From: a virus
Lineage: Duplodnaviria; Caudoviricetes
IMG/VR virus record: IMGVR_UViG_3300029268_000020
Span: 1-57,661 of that record
DNA length: 57,661 nucleotides
Direction: 5' to 3' (one strand)
The notes under the pieces are model-generated. The model was not told where the DNA came from and did no database searches. It worked only from the letters and a program-made list of their open reading frames with translations. The position numbers were made by a program, and so were the translations under genes. Shown here piece after piece: positions 9,826-19,816 of the stretch (within the stretch, counting starts at the first letter, position 1; each line of letters starts with the position of its first letter).

Positions 9826-9928
9826 AGGACAAAAGGAATTTCAGATTTCAAATTTCAGATTTCAAATTGGGGATGAAGAGAACAAAGGGGCGATCGATGA
9901 CGAGCACGAAAAATATAAGGAGCGGGAC

Positions 9929-11953
9929 GTGGACGTGATGGAGGGCGAGGTCGATATCGGGCGCGCGGTGCTGGAGGAACTCCAGTGGGCGGAGACGCAG
10001 GCGGAGCTGGAGCGGCAGCGGCGGGCGGAGCTGGCGCGGCAGCTGGCCGAGCACGTGCGCACGGCCTTCCGCGAGGCGGCCACGCAGCGCACGACGACGG
10101 CGACGCCGGGCCAGCGCTCGCTGAAGGACCGGCTGCTGCTATGCCAGCGGCTCAACGAGGGGCGCTACGACGAGCAGAAGCTGGCCGAAATTCGCAAGGC
10201 GCGGCAAAGCGAGGCCTACGACAACATCGTGGCGCCCAAGAGCCAGGACCTGATCGGCTGGATGACGAAGGTGATGGGCGGCAAGCGGGAGCGGCCGTTC
10301 GCGCTGGAACCTTCGCCGATGCCGGACCTGCCGCCGATGGAAGCGCTGGGCAGCGCGGCGCTGGAGGAGGATTTCGACGCGATGGTGGCGGCGGCGCGCG
10401 AGGAGGCCGAAACGCGGGCCAAGCGGATGCAGCGCAAGATCGAGGACCAGTTCGACGAGGGGGGCTTTGACGACGCGCTGGCGGGGTTTCTCAACAACTA
10501 TGCGGTCTATCCCTACGCGGTGCTGCGGGCGCCGGTGGTGCGGCCGTCCAAGCGCTACGTGTGGCGGCAATATCAGGGCGGCAAGCTGGTGCGGGATTTT
10601 CTGCTGGGGATCAAGAACGTCAATCCGTTCGATTTCTACAAGGAGCCCAACGCGGCCGACGTGCAGGACGGCTACACGCTGGAGCTGGCGGCGGACATCT
10701 CGCGGCGGGACCTGGAGGCGATGCGCGGGCAGCCGGGATGGAACGACGAGGAGATCGAGGCGGCGCTGGCCGAGCCGGCGCCGATCAGCGAGCGGTCCTA
10801 CCTGGACGACGAGGCGGCGCGGGCCCAGGGCGAGGGGCGCGACCCGATGTTCAACGCGGGGATCACGCGCAACAGTTTCTGCGGGATCTGGATGCACGAC
10901 GACATCGAGGGCCAGGTGCTGCAGAACTGGGGGGCGCAGTGGGCGGAGGAAGCGCAGGAGTGGTATCCGACGGTCGCGCTGCTGATCGGCCAGCACGTGG
11001 TTTACGCGATGGAAAACCCGGACCCGCTGGGGCTGAAGCCTTATTTCGCGGATTCGTTCCGGGCGGTGCCGGGGAGCTGGTGCGGGCGCGGGCTGCCGGA
11101 AATCCTGGAGGAGAAGCAGGACGCTTATAACGCCTGCGAGCGGGCGCTGCGGATGAACGTGGCCTTCGCGGCGCGGGCGACGCCGGTGGTCGACCTGAGC
11201 GTCGTGGAGCCGGGATTCAACGCGGAGACGGACATCCAGCCAGGCCTGCCCATATTGCACCGCAGCAACCGGATCACCAATCCCAGCGCCACGCAAAAGC
11301 CGGTGGACTGGCTGATCACGCCGGCGCAGGTGGCGACGTTCCAGAACGCGAAGGAGGCGATCGCGCGGGAGGCGGACAACATCACGCTGATCCCGCGCTT
11401 CGTCCATGGCGCGGGCGAGGGACTGACCGGCGGGGCGGCGACCAAGGGCGGGCTGCTGGCGCTGATGGAGGCCGCGGCCGACGGGGTGCGCTACGCCCTG
11501 GCCAGCGTGGACCGCAAAGTGCTGCGGCCGCTGGTGGAGAGTTTCAACCGCTTCAACATCCGCTACCTGCCGGACGAGATTTACGCGGCGCTGAAGGGCG
11601 ACTTCCGGGCGGTGGCGCGCGGAGTGATGAGCCTGCTGATCCAGGAGAGCGCCGACCAGCGCCTGGCGGAGCTGACGCAGCAGGCGGCGGCGACGCCGGC
11701 GATCCTGCAGCGGATCGGGATGGACGGCCTGGGCAAGATGCTGCGCCAGGTGTACGAGCGCAACAATCTCCCGGACATCCTGCCGTCGGAGACGACGATG
11801 GAGCAGATCGCGGCGGGGCAAGAGGCGATGGGGAATGCGGAATTCGGAATGCGGAATGCGGAATTGGGGATGGGGAATGGGGGACCGGGTGAAGCCGGGA
11901 CAACGAACGGGAGACCGGCTGAAGCTGGGAACGGGGAGATAAATGCTGCGTGA
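9929..11953 (+). CDS. Portal protein (P22-like)
   Basis: Position after terL, ~670 aa, VNPFDFY..P.A, PY......PGSWCGRGLPEIL...QD.YN, GDF..VARG; GTG start after AAGGAG. Confidence 0.88.
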   Translation: MDVMEGEVDIGRAVLEELQWAETQAELERQRRAELARQLAEHVRTAFREAATQRTTTATPGQRSLKDRLLLCQRLNEGRYDEQKLAEIRKARQSEAYDNIVAPKSQDLIGWMTKVMGGKRERPFALEPSPMPDLPPMEALGSAALEEDFDAMVAAAREEAETRAKRMQRKIEDQFDEGGFDDALAGFLNNYAVYPYAVLRAPVVRPSKRYVWRQYQGGKLVRDFLLGIKNVNPFDFYKEPNAADVQDGYTLELAADISRRDLEAMRGQPGWNDEEIEAALAEPAPISERSYLDDEAARAQGEGRDPMFNAGITRNSFCGIWMHDDIEGQVLQNWGAQWAEEAQEWYPTVALLIGQHVVYAMENPDPLGLKPYFADSFRAVPGSWCGRGLPEILEEKQDAYNACERALRMNVAFAARATPVVDLSVVEPGFNAETDIQPGLPILHRSNRITNPSATQKPVDWLITPAQVATFQNAKEAIAREADNITLIPRFVHGAGEGLTGGAATKGGLLALMEAAADGVRYALASVDRKVLRPLVESFNRFNIRYLPDEIYAALKGDFRAVARGVMSLLIQESADQRLAELTQQAAATPAILQRIGMDGLGKMLRQVYERNNLPDILPSETTMEQIAAGQEAMGNAEFGMRNAELGMGNGGPGEAGTTNGRPAEAGNGEINAA

Positions 11954-12164
11954 AGTGGAAGACGAGCAGGTGCGCGCGGCGCTGGCGCGGATCGCGCGGA
12001 CGGAGGACGGCAGGATACTGACCAGGCTGCTGCGGGAGACGGCCGAGGCGAACGCCTGGCTGGTGGTGGACAGCGACGCGGAGCGCCCGATCGAAAAGGG
12101 AGCGGCGCGCCAGCTCAAGGCGCTGGGGGAGCTGCTGAGCGAGCTGGCGAAGCCGAGGGGATAA
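11943..12164 (+). CDS. Small head-assembly protein following the portal
   Basis: Overlaps the portal stop; T.DGR.L..LL...QL..L pattern. Confidence 0.7.
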   Translation: MLREVEDEQVRAALARIARTEDGRILTRLLRETAEANAWLVVDSDAERPIEKGAARQLKALGELLSELAKPRG

Positions 12165-12349
12165 AGGAATTTCAGATTTCAGATTTCAAATTTCAGATTC
12201 GAGGGCAAGGGACAAAGGACGAAGGATAAAACACGGGGCGCGAGCGGACGCGACCTGAGCGAGTTTAGCCCGAACACCCAGGGAAACCGGGATCGGGCGC
12301 GATCACAACAGGCGAATACCCGGAGACGGGATCGCGGAAGAAGGACAGC

Positions 12350-13480
12350 ATGGGCGGCGTATTCGAGAAACAGGACTGGATGGACCCGGGTCTGGTGGCC
12401 GACGTGGAGAAGCTGAAGAAAATGCAGCTTGAAGCACTCGGGGCCGACACGGAGACCACGCAGACCACGCAAAGCGCGGCGGGCACCGAGGCGGCGGCAT
12501 CCGAAAAGGAAGAGCCGAAGCCCGAGGCCCAGGCAGGCGCGGCGGGCACAGAGGGGACGGCATCCGAGAAGGAAGAGCCAAAGCCCGAACAAGACAACGA
12601 GACCCAGAAGACGGAAACCGAGGCCGGCGAGGACCCGAACAGCGAGACCTGGAAGCACAAGTACGACGTGCTGAAGGGGATGCACCAGGCGAAGGAGCGG
12701 CAGATCCAGACCGAAGCCGAGCGCAAGGTGGCGGAGCTGGAGCGGAGCATCCACGAGCGGCTGGAGAAGCGGCTGCGCGAGCTGGAAGCGAAACTGCCCG
12801 GCGGGAGCGGCGCGGCGGAGAAGACGGTGGAGACACCGATCCCGAGCGACGCGGAGCTGGAGCGGATGCTGACCGAGCAGGTGGGGCCGGACCTGGCCAA
12901 GATCTTCATGACCTCGAACGCGCGGACCAAGGCGCAACTGGAGGCCGTAAAGGCGGACCTGAGCGAGCAGCTTAAGCCGCTGAGTCAGACCGTGGCCGAT
13001 CGCGCGCAGCGCGAATACGACCAGGCGGTCTTCAGCCGGGCGCCGCAGGCTCTGGACATTGCCGGCAGCGAGGAGTTTCAGCGCTGGATGGGCAAGGCCG
13101 GGATGAACGTGTTCTGGGCGCAGTATGACAACAAAGAAGTCGACGAGGCGGGCGTGCCGCTCGTCGTGCAGCATTTCAAGAACTTTGCGAATACAAAAAT
13201 TCAACCAACCCAGGCCGCGCCTGGGGCGGATCAGGCATCCGACAAAGCCGCCGCGGCGGCGGCCGCCGAAGAGACGCGCAAACGGGAGTTGGCGGCGCAG
13301 GCGGCGCCGCGCTCGCGCGCGGGAACGACGACGGTGACGCAGCCGCGCATCTTCACGGATAAAGAAATCCAGGCGATCCGCATCGGCATCCAGGGACACA
13401 AGTACACGGATGCGGAAGCGGAGAAGCTGGAAAAGGAAATCCGTCTGGCGGCGATCGAAGGGCGGGTGAAGAACGCCTAG
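12350..13480 (+). CDS. Scaffolding protein
   Basis: Acidic, coiled-coil, WKHKYDVLKG, ends AIEGRV; lies before the capsid gene. Confidence 0.8.
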   Translation: MGGVFEKQDWMDPGLVADVEKLKKMQLEALGADTETTQTTQSAAGTEAAASEKEEPKPEAQAGAAGTEGTASEKEEPKPEQDNETQKTETEAGEDPNSETWKHKYDVLKGMHQAKERQIQTEAERKVAELERSIHERLEKRLRELEAKLPGGSGAAEKTVETPIPSDAELERMLTEQVGPDLAKIFMTSNARTKAQLEAVKADLSEQLKPLSQTVADRAQREYDQAVFSRAPQALDIAGSEEFQRWMGKAGMNVFWAQYDNKEVDEAGVPLVVQHFKNFANTKIQPTQAAPGADQASDKAAAAAAAEETRKRELAAQAAPRSRAGTTTVTQPRIFTDKEIQAIRIGIQGHKYTDAEAEKLEKEIRLAAIEGRVKNA

Positions 13481-13512
13481 GGGCGCGGTGACCTGGAGAC
13501 AAGGATACCGCA

Positions 13513-14454
13513 ATGGCTTTACCGACCAACGCAAACGTGCCGGACCTGACCGGTTATAACTGGCTGCCGTACCTGGCCAGTGAATACCAGACAGTGCTGC
13601 GGCGCGGCACGATCCTGGACCGGGTAACCAACACCGATCCGGACAAGAGCAAGTTCGTCGCCAACAAGGGCGACACGATGCGCATCCCGATCATGCCGCA
13701 GGTGCGCTCGACGCGCGCCGAGGTGGGATACCAGAACGCCTGGGCCGATCCGCAGCCCGATTACATCGACGTGGTGATCGACCGGCTGCGCTACTGGGAT
13801 CTGAAGACGTACGACGCGCAGGAGATCATCTCGCAGATCCGCAATTACGGCCAGACCTGGGCGACGAACGCCGCCATCAACGCCACGGAAGACATCGAAG
13901 AGGAGATCTTCGGGGAGCTGGCGGCGCTGGTGCTGGCGGCCAACCAGGGGCTGACCGCCGGGGCCAAGACGGGCGGCGTGAACATGGGGACGCTGGCGGC
14001 GCCGCGGACGATCGCCTCGGCCGAAGGCACGACCTACGTGCTGGACGCCATCCTGGAGGGCGGGGTGGTGCTGGGCGAGCAGAACGTGGACAGCAACGAG
14101 CGCAACGTGGTGTTCCCGGACCTGGTGGGCGCGCGCCTGATGAGCGCGCTGCGCAAGGCCAACGAGATGGGCGACGCGACGAGCGTGTTGCGGGCCAAGA
14201 GCCTGGGCAAGATCAACAACATGGAGTTCTTCGCCAGCAACCGGTTGCCGACGTGCGCGGCGGTGGCCAGCAAGCCGGTGTTGCCGGTGCTGTTCATCCA
14301 GAAGAGCGCGATCGCGTTCCACGTGCAGGCCGGGCCGATCGAGAAGATCCGGCTGGAGAGCTCGCCGGCGTGGGGCTACCGCTCCGAGATCCTGTACGGC
14401 TACAAGCTTGTGCAGCCCAAGGCGCTGGCGCTGGCGTACTACACGATCGCCTGA
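13513..14454 (+). CDS. Major capsid protein
   Basis: 313 aa after scaffold; KGDTMRIP, GKINNMEFFASNRLP, LYGYKLVQPKAL. Confidence 0.9.
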   Translation: MALPTNANVPDLTGYNWLPYLASEYQTVLRRGTILDRVTNTDPDKSKFVANKGDTMRIPIMPQVRSTRAEVGYQNAWADPQPDYIDVVIDRLRYWDLKTYDAQEIISQIRNYGQTWATNAAINATEDIEEEIFGELAALVLAANQGLTAGAKTGGVNMGTLAAPRTIASAEGTTYVLDAILEGGVVLGEQNVDSNERNVVFPDLVGARLMSALRKANEMGDATSVLRAKSLGKINNMEFFASNRLPTCAAVASKPVLPVLFIQKSAIAFHVQAGPIEKIRLESSPAWGYRSEILYGYKLVQPKALALAYYTIA

Positions 14455-14591
14455 GGCCAGTAGGCCAAGGACAAAGGACGAAGGACAAAGGACAAAGCGC
14501 GCCAGAAGGGGCGGCGAAGGACAAAACAGGGCGGCGGCGGGACAGGCCCGGGCCGCCCAAAACAACCAAGCAATGAAGGAGGAGGCAAATT

Positions 14592-15470
14592 ATGAAAATG
14601 CGGAACCTGGCGATCGCGCTGACGCTGTGGGCCATGCTGGCCGCGGGCGCGTTCGCCTCGAATTACGACATGCGCCTGGGCGGGCTGACCAGCCGCATGC
14701 CGGCGCGGATCGGGGTGGTGAGCCGGAGCCTGGACATGAGCCAGATTCCGGTGGGCGTCTCCAGCACGACCCAGCTGCTGACGATCCCGGCCGGAGCCAC
14801 GGTGCTGGACGTGCAACTGAAGGTGGACGTGGCGCCGACGACGGCCACCACGTTCGACGTGGGGGACTCGGCCGACGCCGACGGCTACCTGGACGGGGTA
14901 AGCAACGCCACGGCGGCCACGGTGTTCAACTCGTTTCACGCGTGCAGCTTGCGGGCGGTCAAAACGCTGATCTTCGGCGACATCGCCGTGGCGGCCAGCC
15001 AGTCGGCCGCGGCGTGGGGCACGGACACCGAAACCGACGTGGGCGGCGTCGTGAAGGGCTACGTCGTGCCCCTGGCCGGCTACGTCAAGGCGATCACGGC
15101 CTACACGGATGACGCCTGCACGTCGGGGACGCTGGACGCCGACGCGACGATCAACGGCACGGTCACCGGTTTGCAGGCCAACCTGGATTCGGTGACCAAC
15201 ACGACCAAGGACACGACCAGCCAGGGCTTCGGCCTGGACCCGGTGGCCGCCGGCGACATCATCGGGGTCAAGGTGACGACGAGTTCCACCTGGGCGCCGA
15301 CCAGCGGCAATGGCGTGGTGGTGGCGGTGGACGTGGTGCAGGACGACTTGACAACCACGGCCTACGCCTACGGCAAGTATTACTCGGCGGCCAATTACAT
15401 CGTGCTCAAGGCGGTGGGGGCCTGCACGACGGGCAAGCTGACGGTCTCGGCCGTATACCTCAATCCGTAA
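14592..15470 (+). CDS. Putative capsid decoration/cement protein with Sec-type signal peptide
   Basis: AAGGAGGAGG SD; MKMRNLAIALTLWAMLAAGAFA|S; IPAGATVLDV..VGDSADADGY motif. Confidence 0.75.
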   Translation: MKMRNLAIALTLWAMLAAGAFASNYDMRLGGLTSRMPARIGVVSRSLDMSQIPVGVSSTTQLLTIPAGATVLDVQLKVDVAPTTATTFDVGDSADADGYLDGVSNATAATVFNSFHACSLRAVKTLIFGDIAVAASQSAAAWGTDTETDVGGVVKGYVVPLAGYVKAITAYTDDACTSGTLDADATINGTVTGLQANLDSVTNTTKDTTSQGFGLDPVAAGDIIGVKVTTSSTWAPTSGNGVVVAVDVVQDDLTTTAYAYGKYYSAANYIVLKAVGACTTGKLTVSAVYLNP

Positions 15471-15542
15471 GCGGGCGAGAGCGGCAAAGACAGGGCAGAA
15501 ACAGGAAAGACAGGGCAGAAGCAGGAGCAGCATGACCGAAAT

Positions 15543-15570
15543 GGGGGCGCCGGAGCCGCCCCCGATTTTT
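15543..15570 (+). terminator. Rho-independent terminator
   Basis: GGGGGCG/CGCCCCC stem followed by GATTTTT. Confidence 0.6.
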
Positions 15571-15591
15571 AGAAGCGAAGGAGAAAGCACG

Positions 15592-16377
15592 ATGAAACGG
15601 TTTTACAAAATCACCCTGGGCGCGTGTGCGCTGGCGGCCATCGCGTTCCTGGCGATCGAGGCCCTGGGGGCGGTGGCGATTCCCTGGCAGTAATACGGCC
15701 GCTATAACCACGCCTGGTTCCAGCACCGGGTCAAGGTGGATCAAACGCTGTCCGTGGCCGACAACTTTGACACGTCGGGGACGGCGACGGTGCGCGGGGC
15801 CTCGTCGCTGCAAGCGGTGACGGCGACGACGGTGGCGGGGACGGCGCTCAGCGGCACGACGGGCAGTTTCGCCGGAAACATCCACCAAAGCGCCGGCCAC
15901 AGCGATTTGAAGGGCACCACGGTCACGGGGGCTTTGACGGTGACCGGGGGCGCGTCGCTGCAAGCGGTAACGGCGACGACGGTGGCGGGGACGGCGATCA
16001 GCGGCACGACCGGGAATTTTTCCGGGGCGCTGGATACCAAGGGAAATATGTATGTCACCGGGAACCAGTTGACCACGGGGACGCTGGGAGTGACGGGGGT
16101 GGCGTCGCTGAACGGCGGGGCGAAGGTCGGGACCAGCGGGACAACGCGGACGGGACTGATCAGCGGCAGCGTGAGTTTCCCCAACGGGTCGACCACGGCC
16201 AGCCTAGCCATTGCCGGGCTCACGGCGAGTTACAAGTTGATCATGGCGCCGATGTCGGCCTACTCGGGGAGCGTGTATTACAAGTATGCGGTGCCGGGGA
16301 CGGCGGCGGCCGTGGCGGCATTCTCGGGCGATCCGGGGACGACGGTGACGATGGGGTATGAGGCCTGGACGCAATAG
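15592..16377 (+). pseudogene. Thr/Gly-rich fibre-like protein with signal peptide, interrupted by in-frame TAA at 15691 (or a CDS starting at 15736)
   Basis: GAAGGAG SD then ATG 15592; the frame stays open after the TAA; duplicated ASLQAVTATTVAGTA.SGTTG. Confidence 0.6.
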
Positions 16378-16472
16378 ACGTGGAGAGGGGGAGACACGGA
16401 GAGGACAGGGATCAATCGGGCAACTCAACAACTATTGAATAATTTGAAAACCCAAGAGAAGGAGACGGGATC

Positions 16473-16724
16473 ATGTCGAAGGCGATACGCAGGACGGCGG
16501 ACGGGGTGCTGAGCCCCTACAACGCATTCGCGGCCACGCAGCCGGGATACGAGGTGGTGGAGCTGGAGGAGGTGATCGCGGCGCAGGCCAAGGGGGCCGC
16601 GGAGAAGGGCGAGAAGGACGCGGCGGAGGGCGAGGAAGCCGCGGAGGGCGAGAAGGAGGAGGAAACCAGCGAGAGCGGGAGCGAGGACGCGCCGGCGGCG
16701 AAGAGCCATAAGAAGAAGAAATAA
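16473..16724 (+). CDS. Small acidic hypothetical protein
   Basis: AAGGAG SD; Glu-rich with basic tail. Confidence 0.65.
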   Translation: MSKAIRRTADGVLSPYNAFAATQPGYEVVELEEVIAAQAKGAAEKGEKDAAEGEEAAEGEKEEETSESGSEDAPAAKSHKKKK

Positions 16725-16906
16725 AAGGGGATATTAACCGCGGATGGCGCGGAGGGCACGGATGCGGAAATGGCCTGGACGCCGGCGCAGGTGGCGCTAC
16801 TGAACGGGTTCGCGGAGTTTGGGACGGTGGCGGGGCATTTGGTGCTGGGGGACTGACCACGGAATGATGGCGATGACGATGACGATGACGATGAAAGAAA
16901 ACCGAG

Positions 16907-17290
16907 ATGTGTGAATTGCTGATCAAGGCTCAATCTGCCACTCATTCTGATTTAACCAAATCGGAGCGTGGTTGTTATAAGATTGGCGACATCGTCGATG
17001 TTCGTGAAGACGGATTCAAATGGGGTAAATCCGAATGTCCACCTAAGTTTTATATCGTTAAATTAACAAACGTTTCCGTTAAAGACGCACAAAAATATAT
17101 TGTTGCCGATTATGATACGACCGATCCTGAGCATCCGGTTTTGCTTCATCGACGTTTATATCAAATACCGATTGTCGATATCCCAGCGCAAATTAAATCA
17201 ACATTACAAGCGACTGGATCAGTGTCAGTAACATGGACACAGATAAAGACATATGTAGTCAACAAGACAACGGGCATTGGTGAAAAATAA
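16907..17290 (+). CDS. Hypothetical protein, markedly low GC
   Basis: 127-aa ORF abutting the next gene. Confidence 0.8.
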   Translation: MCELLIKAQSATHSDLTKSERGCYKIGDIVDVREDGFKWGKSECPPKFYIVKLTNVSVKDAQKYIVADYDTTDPEHPVLLHRRLYQIPIVDIPAQIKSTLQATGSVSVTWTQIKTYVVNKTTGIGEK

Positions 17291-18238
17291 ATGGCGACGA
17301 TCACCAAAACCATCAAGCCGAGCGGCGGGGATTACACCTCGCTATCCAATTGGGAAGCGGGCGAGCAGGCGGACTTGGTCGCGGCGGGGAACATCGCCGT
17401 GGCCGAGTGCTACGCGATGGAGGACACGACGGCGGTATTGATTGATGGCTGGAACACGGACGCAACCCACTATATTCGCATCACGGTGCCGAGCGCCGAG
17501 CGGCACGACGGCAAGCGCAATACGAGCAAATACCGGCTGAAGATTGGCGCGCATTTTCTGAACGGTTCGGTTGATGTGGCCGAAAACTACACCCGCTTCG
17601 AGGGGTTGCAGATTCGCAATTCGAGCGCCTATACGCTCTCTGCGCTCAACGTCGGGGCTGATTACTGTAACGTAAGCGACTGTATTTTTTACGACTGCGC
17701 CACCAACGGGTTCCGCTTCCCCTGGAACACGGTTTATCTTGAAAACTGTCTGGCGCTGACTTGCGCGGAAGCCGGATTTTTGGGCTACGCCTACGGCTCG
17801 GCCACCATGTATTTGAGCAATTGCGTAGCCCTCAACTGTGCCAACGGGTTTTACACGCCAACCTCGCGCACGATCTACTGCCGCAACTGCTACGCGGGGG
17901 CGTGCAGCACGGCGGGCTACGGCGGGGCGGGGACCAAAACCCTGACCACCAGCCACGCCTCCGACACCAGCGGCAACACACAGACATCGTGCTCCACGTC
18001 GGCGGGGACCTATTTTACCAACGTTACGGCGGGCAGCGAAGATATCCATATCGGCGCATTGTCAGCGCTCATAGACGCGGGCACGGACCTCAGCGCGGAT
18101 ACCTACTGGCACCATCCCGGCGGCGCGGTGGACATTGACGGGAAGGCGCGAGGCGCGAGCTGGGACGTGGGGGCGGAAGAGTACGTGGCGGCGGGGCCGG
18201 CCGGGACGATCCTGCGACAAATGATGCAATACGTTTAG
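17291..18238 (+). CDS. Right-handed beta-helix (pectin-lyase-like) tail-spike-type protein
   Basis: GGDYTSLSNWE, repeated NC/DC beta-helix rungs, DIDG..R...WDVGAEEY. Confidence 0.75.
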   Translation: MATITKTIKPSGGDYTSLSNWEAGEQADLVAAGNIAVAECYAMEDTTAVLIDGWNTDATHYIRITVPSAERHDGKRNTSKYRLKIGAHFLNGSVDVAENYTRFEGLQIRNSSAYTLSALNVGADYCNVSDCIFYDCATNGFRFPWNTVYLENCLALTCAEAGFLGYAYGSATMYLSNCVALNCANGFYTPTSRTIYCRNCYAGACSTAGYGGAGTKTLTTSHASDTSGNTQTSCSTSAGTYFTNVTAGSEDIHIGALSALIDAGTDLSADTYWHHPGGAVDIDGKARGASWDVGAEEYVAAGPAGTILRQMMQYV

Positions 18239-18247
18239 GAGCGAAAG

Positions 18248-18985
18248 ATGGCAAGCCTGCTCGATATCATCAAAAAGGGCTCGACCGATCGTGGCGTGAC
18301 GATTCGCATCATCGACTCGACCGACGGCACGCCGGAGACGGGCGTGGTTTACACCACGTCGGGAATTGCGATGTGGTATCGGCGGCAGGGCGGGGCGCTG
18401 GTGGCGATCACCGAGGCGACGCTGGCGGCGGTGGACTCGGCGCACTCGGACGGGGGCATCATCCATATTTCGGACGGCGAGTATCGGCTCGACCTTCCGG
18501 ACGCGGCATTTGCGACAGGCGCGAATTACGTCGATGTGGGCGGCACGGTGACGGGCATGGTGGTGATCGGCGGGCGGGTGCGCCTGGTGGATGTGGACCT
18601 GGAAGACACCGTGCGGGCAGGACTGACGGCGCTGCCCAACGCGACGCCGGCGGGCAATGGCGGGCTGGGGACGGTCGACGCGGATAACAAGATCGCGGGG
18701 ATTGTCGCGGCGGGGATCACGCCGATTGTGACAGCGGCCTGGGCGACGGGGGCGGGGGCGATCAGTTGGACGCATACGGTGACGGACGCGGCCACGGGGC
18801 TACCGCTGGCCGATGTCGAGGTGTGGGTGAGCACGGACAGCGCGGGGTCAAACGTGGTGGCGGGGCCGCTGCGCACGAGCGCGGCCGGGGTGGTGACGTT
18901 CCGATTGGATGCGGGGGCCTACTATTTCTGGCATCAGAAGAGCGGGTGGAATTTTACGGACCCGGACGCGGAGACGGTGAGCTGA
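18248..18985 (+). CDS. Putative virion protein with C-terminal carboxypeptidase-regulatory-like domain
   Basis: VTD..TG.PL.DVEVWV...T...G...F.LDAG.Y. Confidence 0.7.
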   Translation: MASLLDIIKKGSTDRGVTIRIIDSTDGTPETGVVYTTSGIAMWYRRQGGALVAITEATLAAVDSAHSDGGIIHISDGEYRLDLPDAAFATGANYVDVGGTVTGMVVIGGRVRLVDVDLEDTVRAGLTALPNATPAGNGGLGTVDADNKIAGIVAAGITPIVTAAWATGAGAISWTHTVTDAATGLPLADVEVWVSTDSAGSNVVAGPLRTSAAGVVTFRLDAGAYYFWHQKSGWNFTDPDAETVS

Positions 18986-19054
18986 GGAATTGTAGATTGT
19001 AGATTGTAGATTGCGGATTAAGAAATTTGACCACGGATAGCACGGAAGGCACGG

Positions 19055-19708
19055 ATGATTATGGGCGGGACATTCACGGGCACAGCGGTGGGGACTCCGG
19101 CCGGCGTCGAGCTGAGCGGGCTGCTGGACGAGGCGGCGGTGCAGTTGCCGGAGTGCCCGGACGGGCATATCACGGCCAAGCTGCGGGCGGGGTGCCGGAT
19201 GTTTTTCGAGGACTCCTGGGCGTGGAACGAAAAGCTGGCGGCGATCGCGCTGGTGGCGGGCCAGACCCAATATACGATCCCCAACCCCTACAACTACACC
19301 GTGGACACGCTGGCGGTCGAGAGCGTCAAGCGCGTCAGCGCCGCGGGGATCGTGTTGAGCACGATCGACGCGAGCCTGTACACGGTGGGGGACGACAACA
19401 CGCTGGAGTTTATCGCGGCGCCGCTGGCGACGGGGGCGACGACAACGGACACGCTGACGATCCAGGCGATCCGCTGGCCGCGCGAGACATGCACGTCGAT
19501 ACCGGAAAAGCTGTTCAACCGCTGGCGGGGGGCGATCGCGGCCTGGGCGATCTGGCAAATCAAGCTGGAGAAAGGCCAGCCCTGGAGCGATCGGGAAGGG
19601 GCCGGGGCGTGGTTGGAGACTTATCAGCGCGGCGTCGAGCAGGCGATTGGGGACGCGATCAAGGGGCGCAAGGCGGCGTGCCGGATGCCGGAGCCGCCGT
19701 GCATGTGA
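19055..19708 (+). CDS. Head-tail adaptor (tail tubular protein A-like)
   Basis: LPECPD...LR.....F..S.AW, L.AGQTQY.I, AIAAWA......GQPWSD. Confidence 0.72.
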   Translation: MIMGGTFTGTAVGTPAGVELSGLLDEAAVQLPECPDGHITAKLRAGCRMFFEDSWAWNEKLAAIALVAGQTQYTIPNPYNYTVDTLAVESVKRVSAAGIVLSTIDASLYTVGDDNTLEFIAAPLATGATTTDTLTIQAIRWPRETCTSIPEKLFNRWRGAIAAWAIWQIKLEKGQPWSDREGAGAWLETYQRGVEQAIGDAIKGRKAACRMPEPPCM

Positions 19709-19816
19709 AGCAATGGAGAATGGAGAATGGAGAATGGAGAAGGACGAAGAAGAATTTCAGATTTCAGATTTCAGATTCCAGGAAAAGATCAGTAGGGGCG
19801 ACAAAGGACGAAGGCA

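Noticed and set aside
15691-15693. Genome-wide stop-codon reassignment
   Set aside because: TAA, TAG and TGA all end well-defined genes, and coding density is high under the standard code
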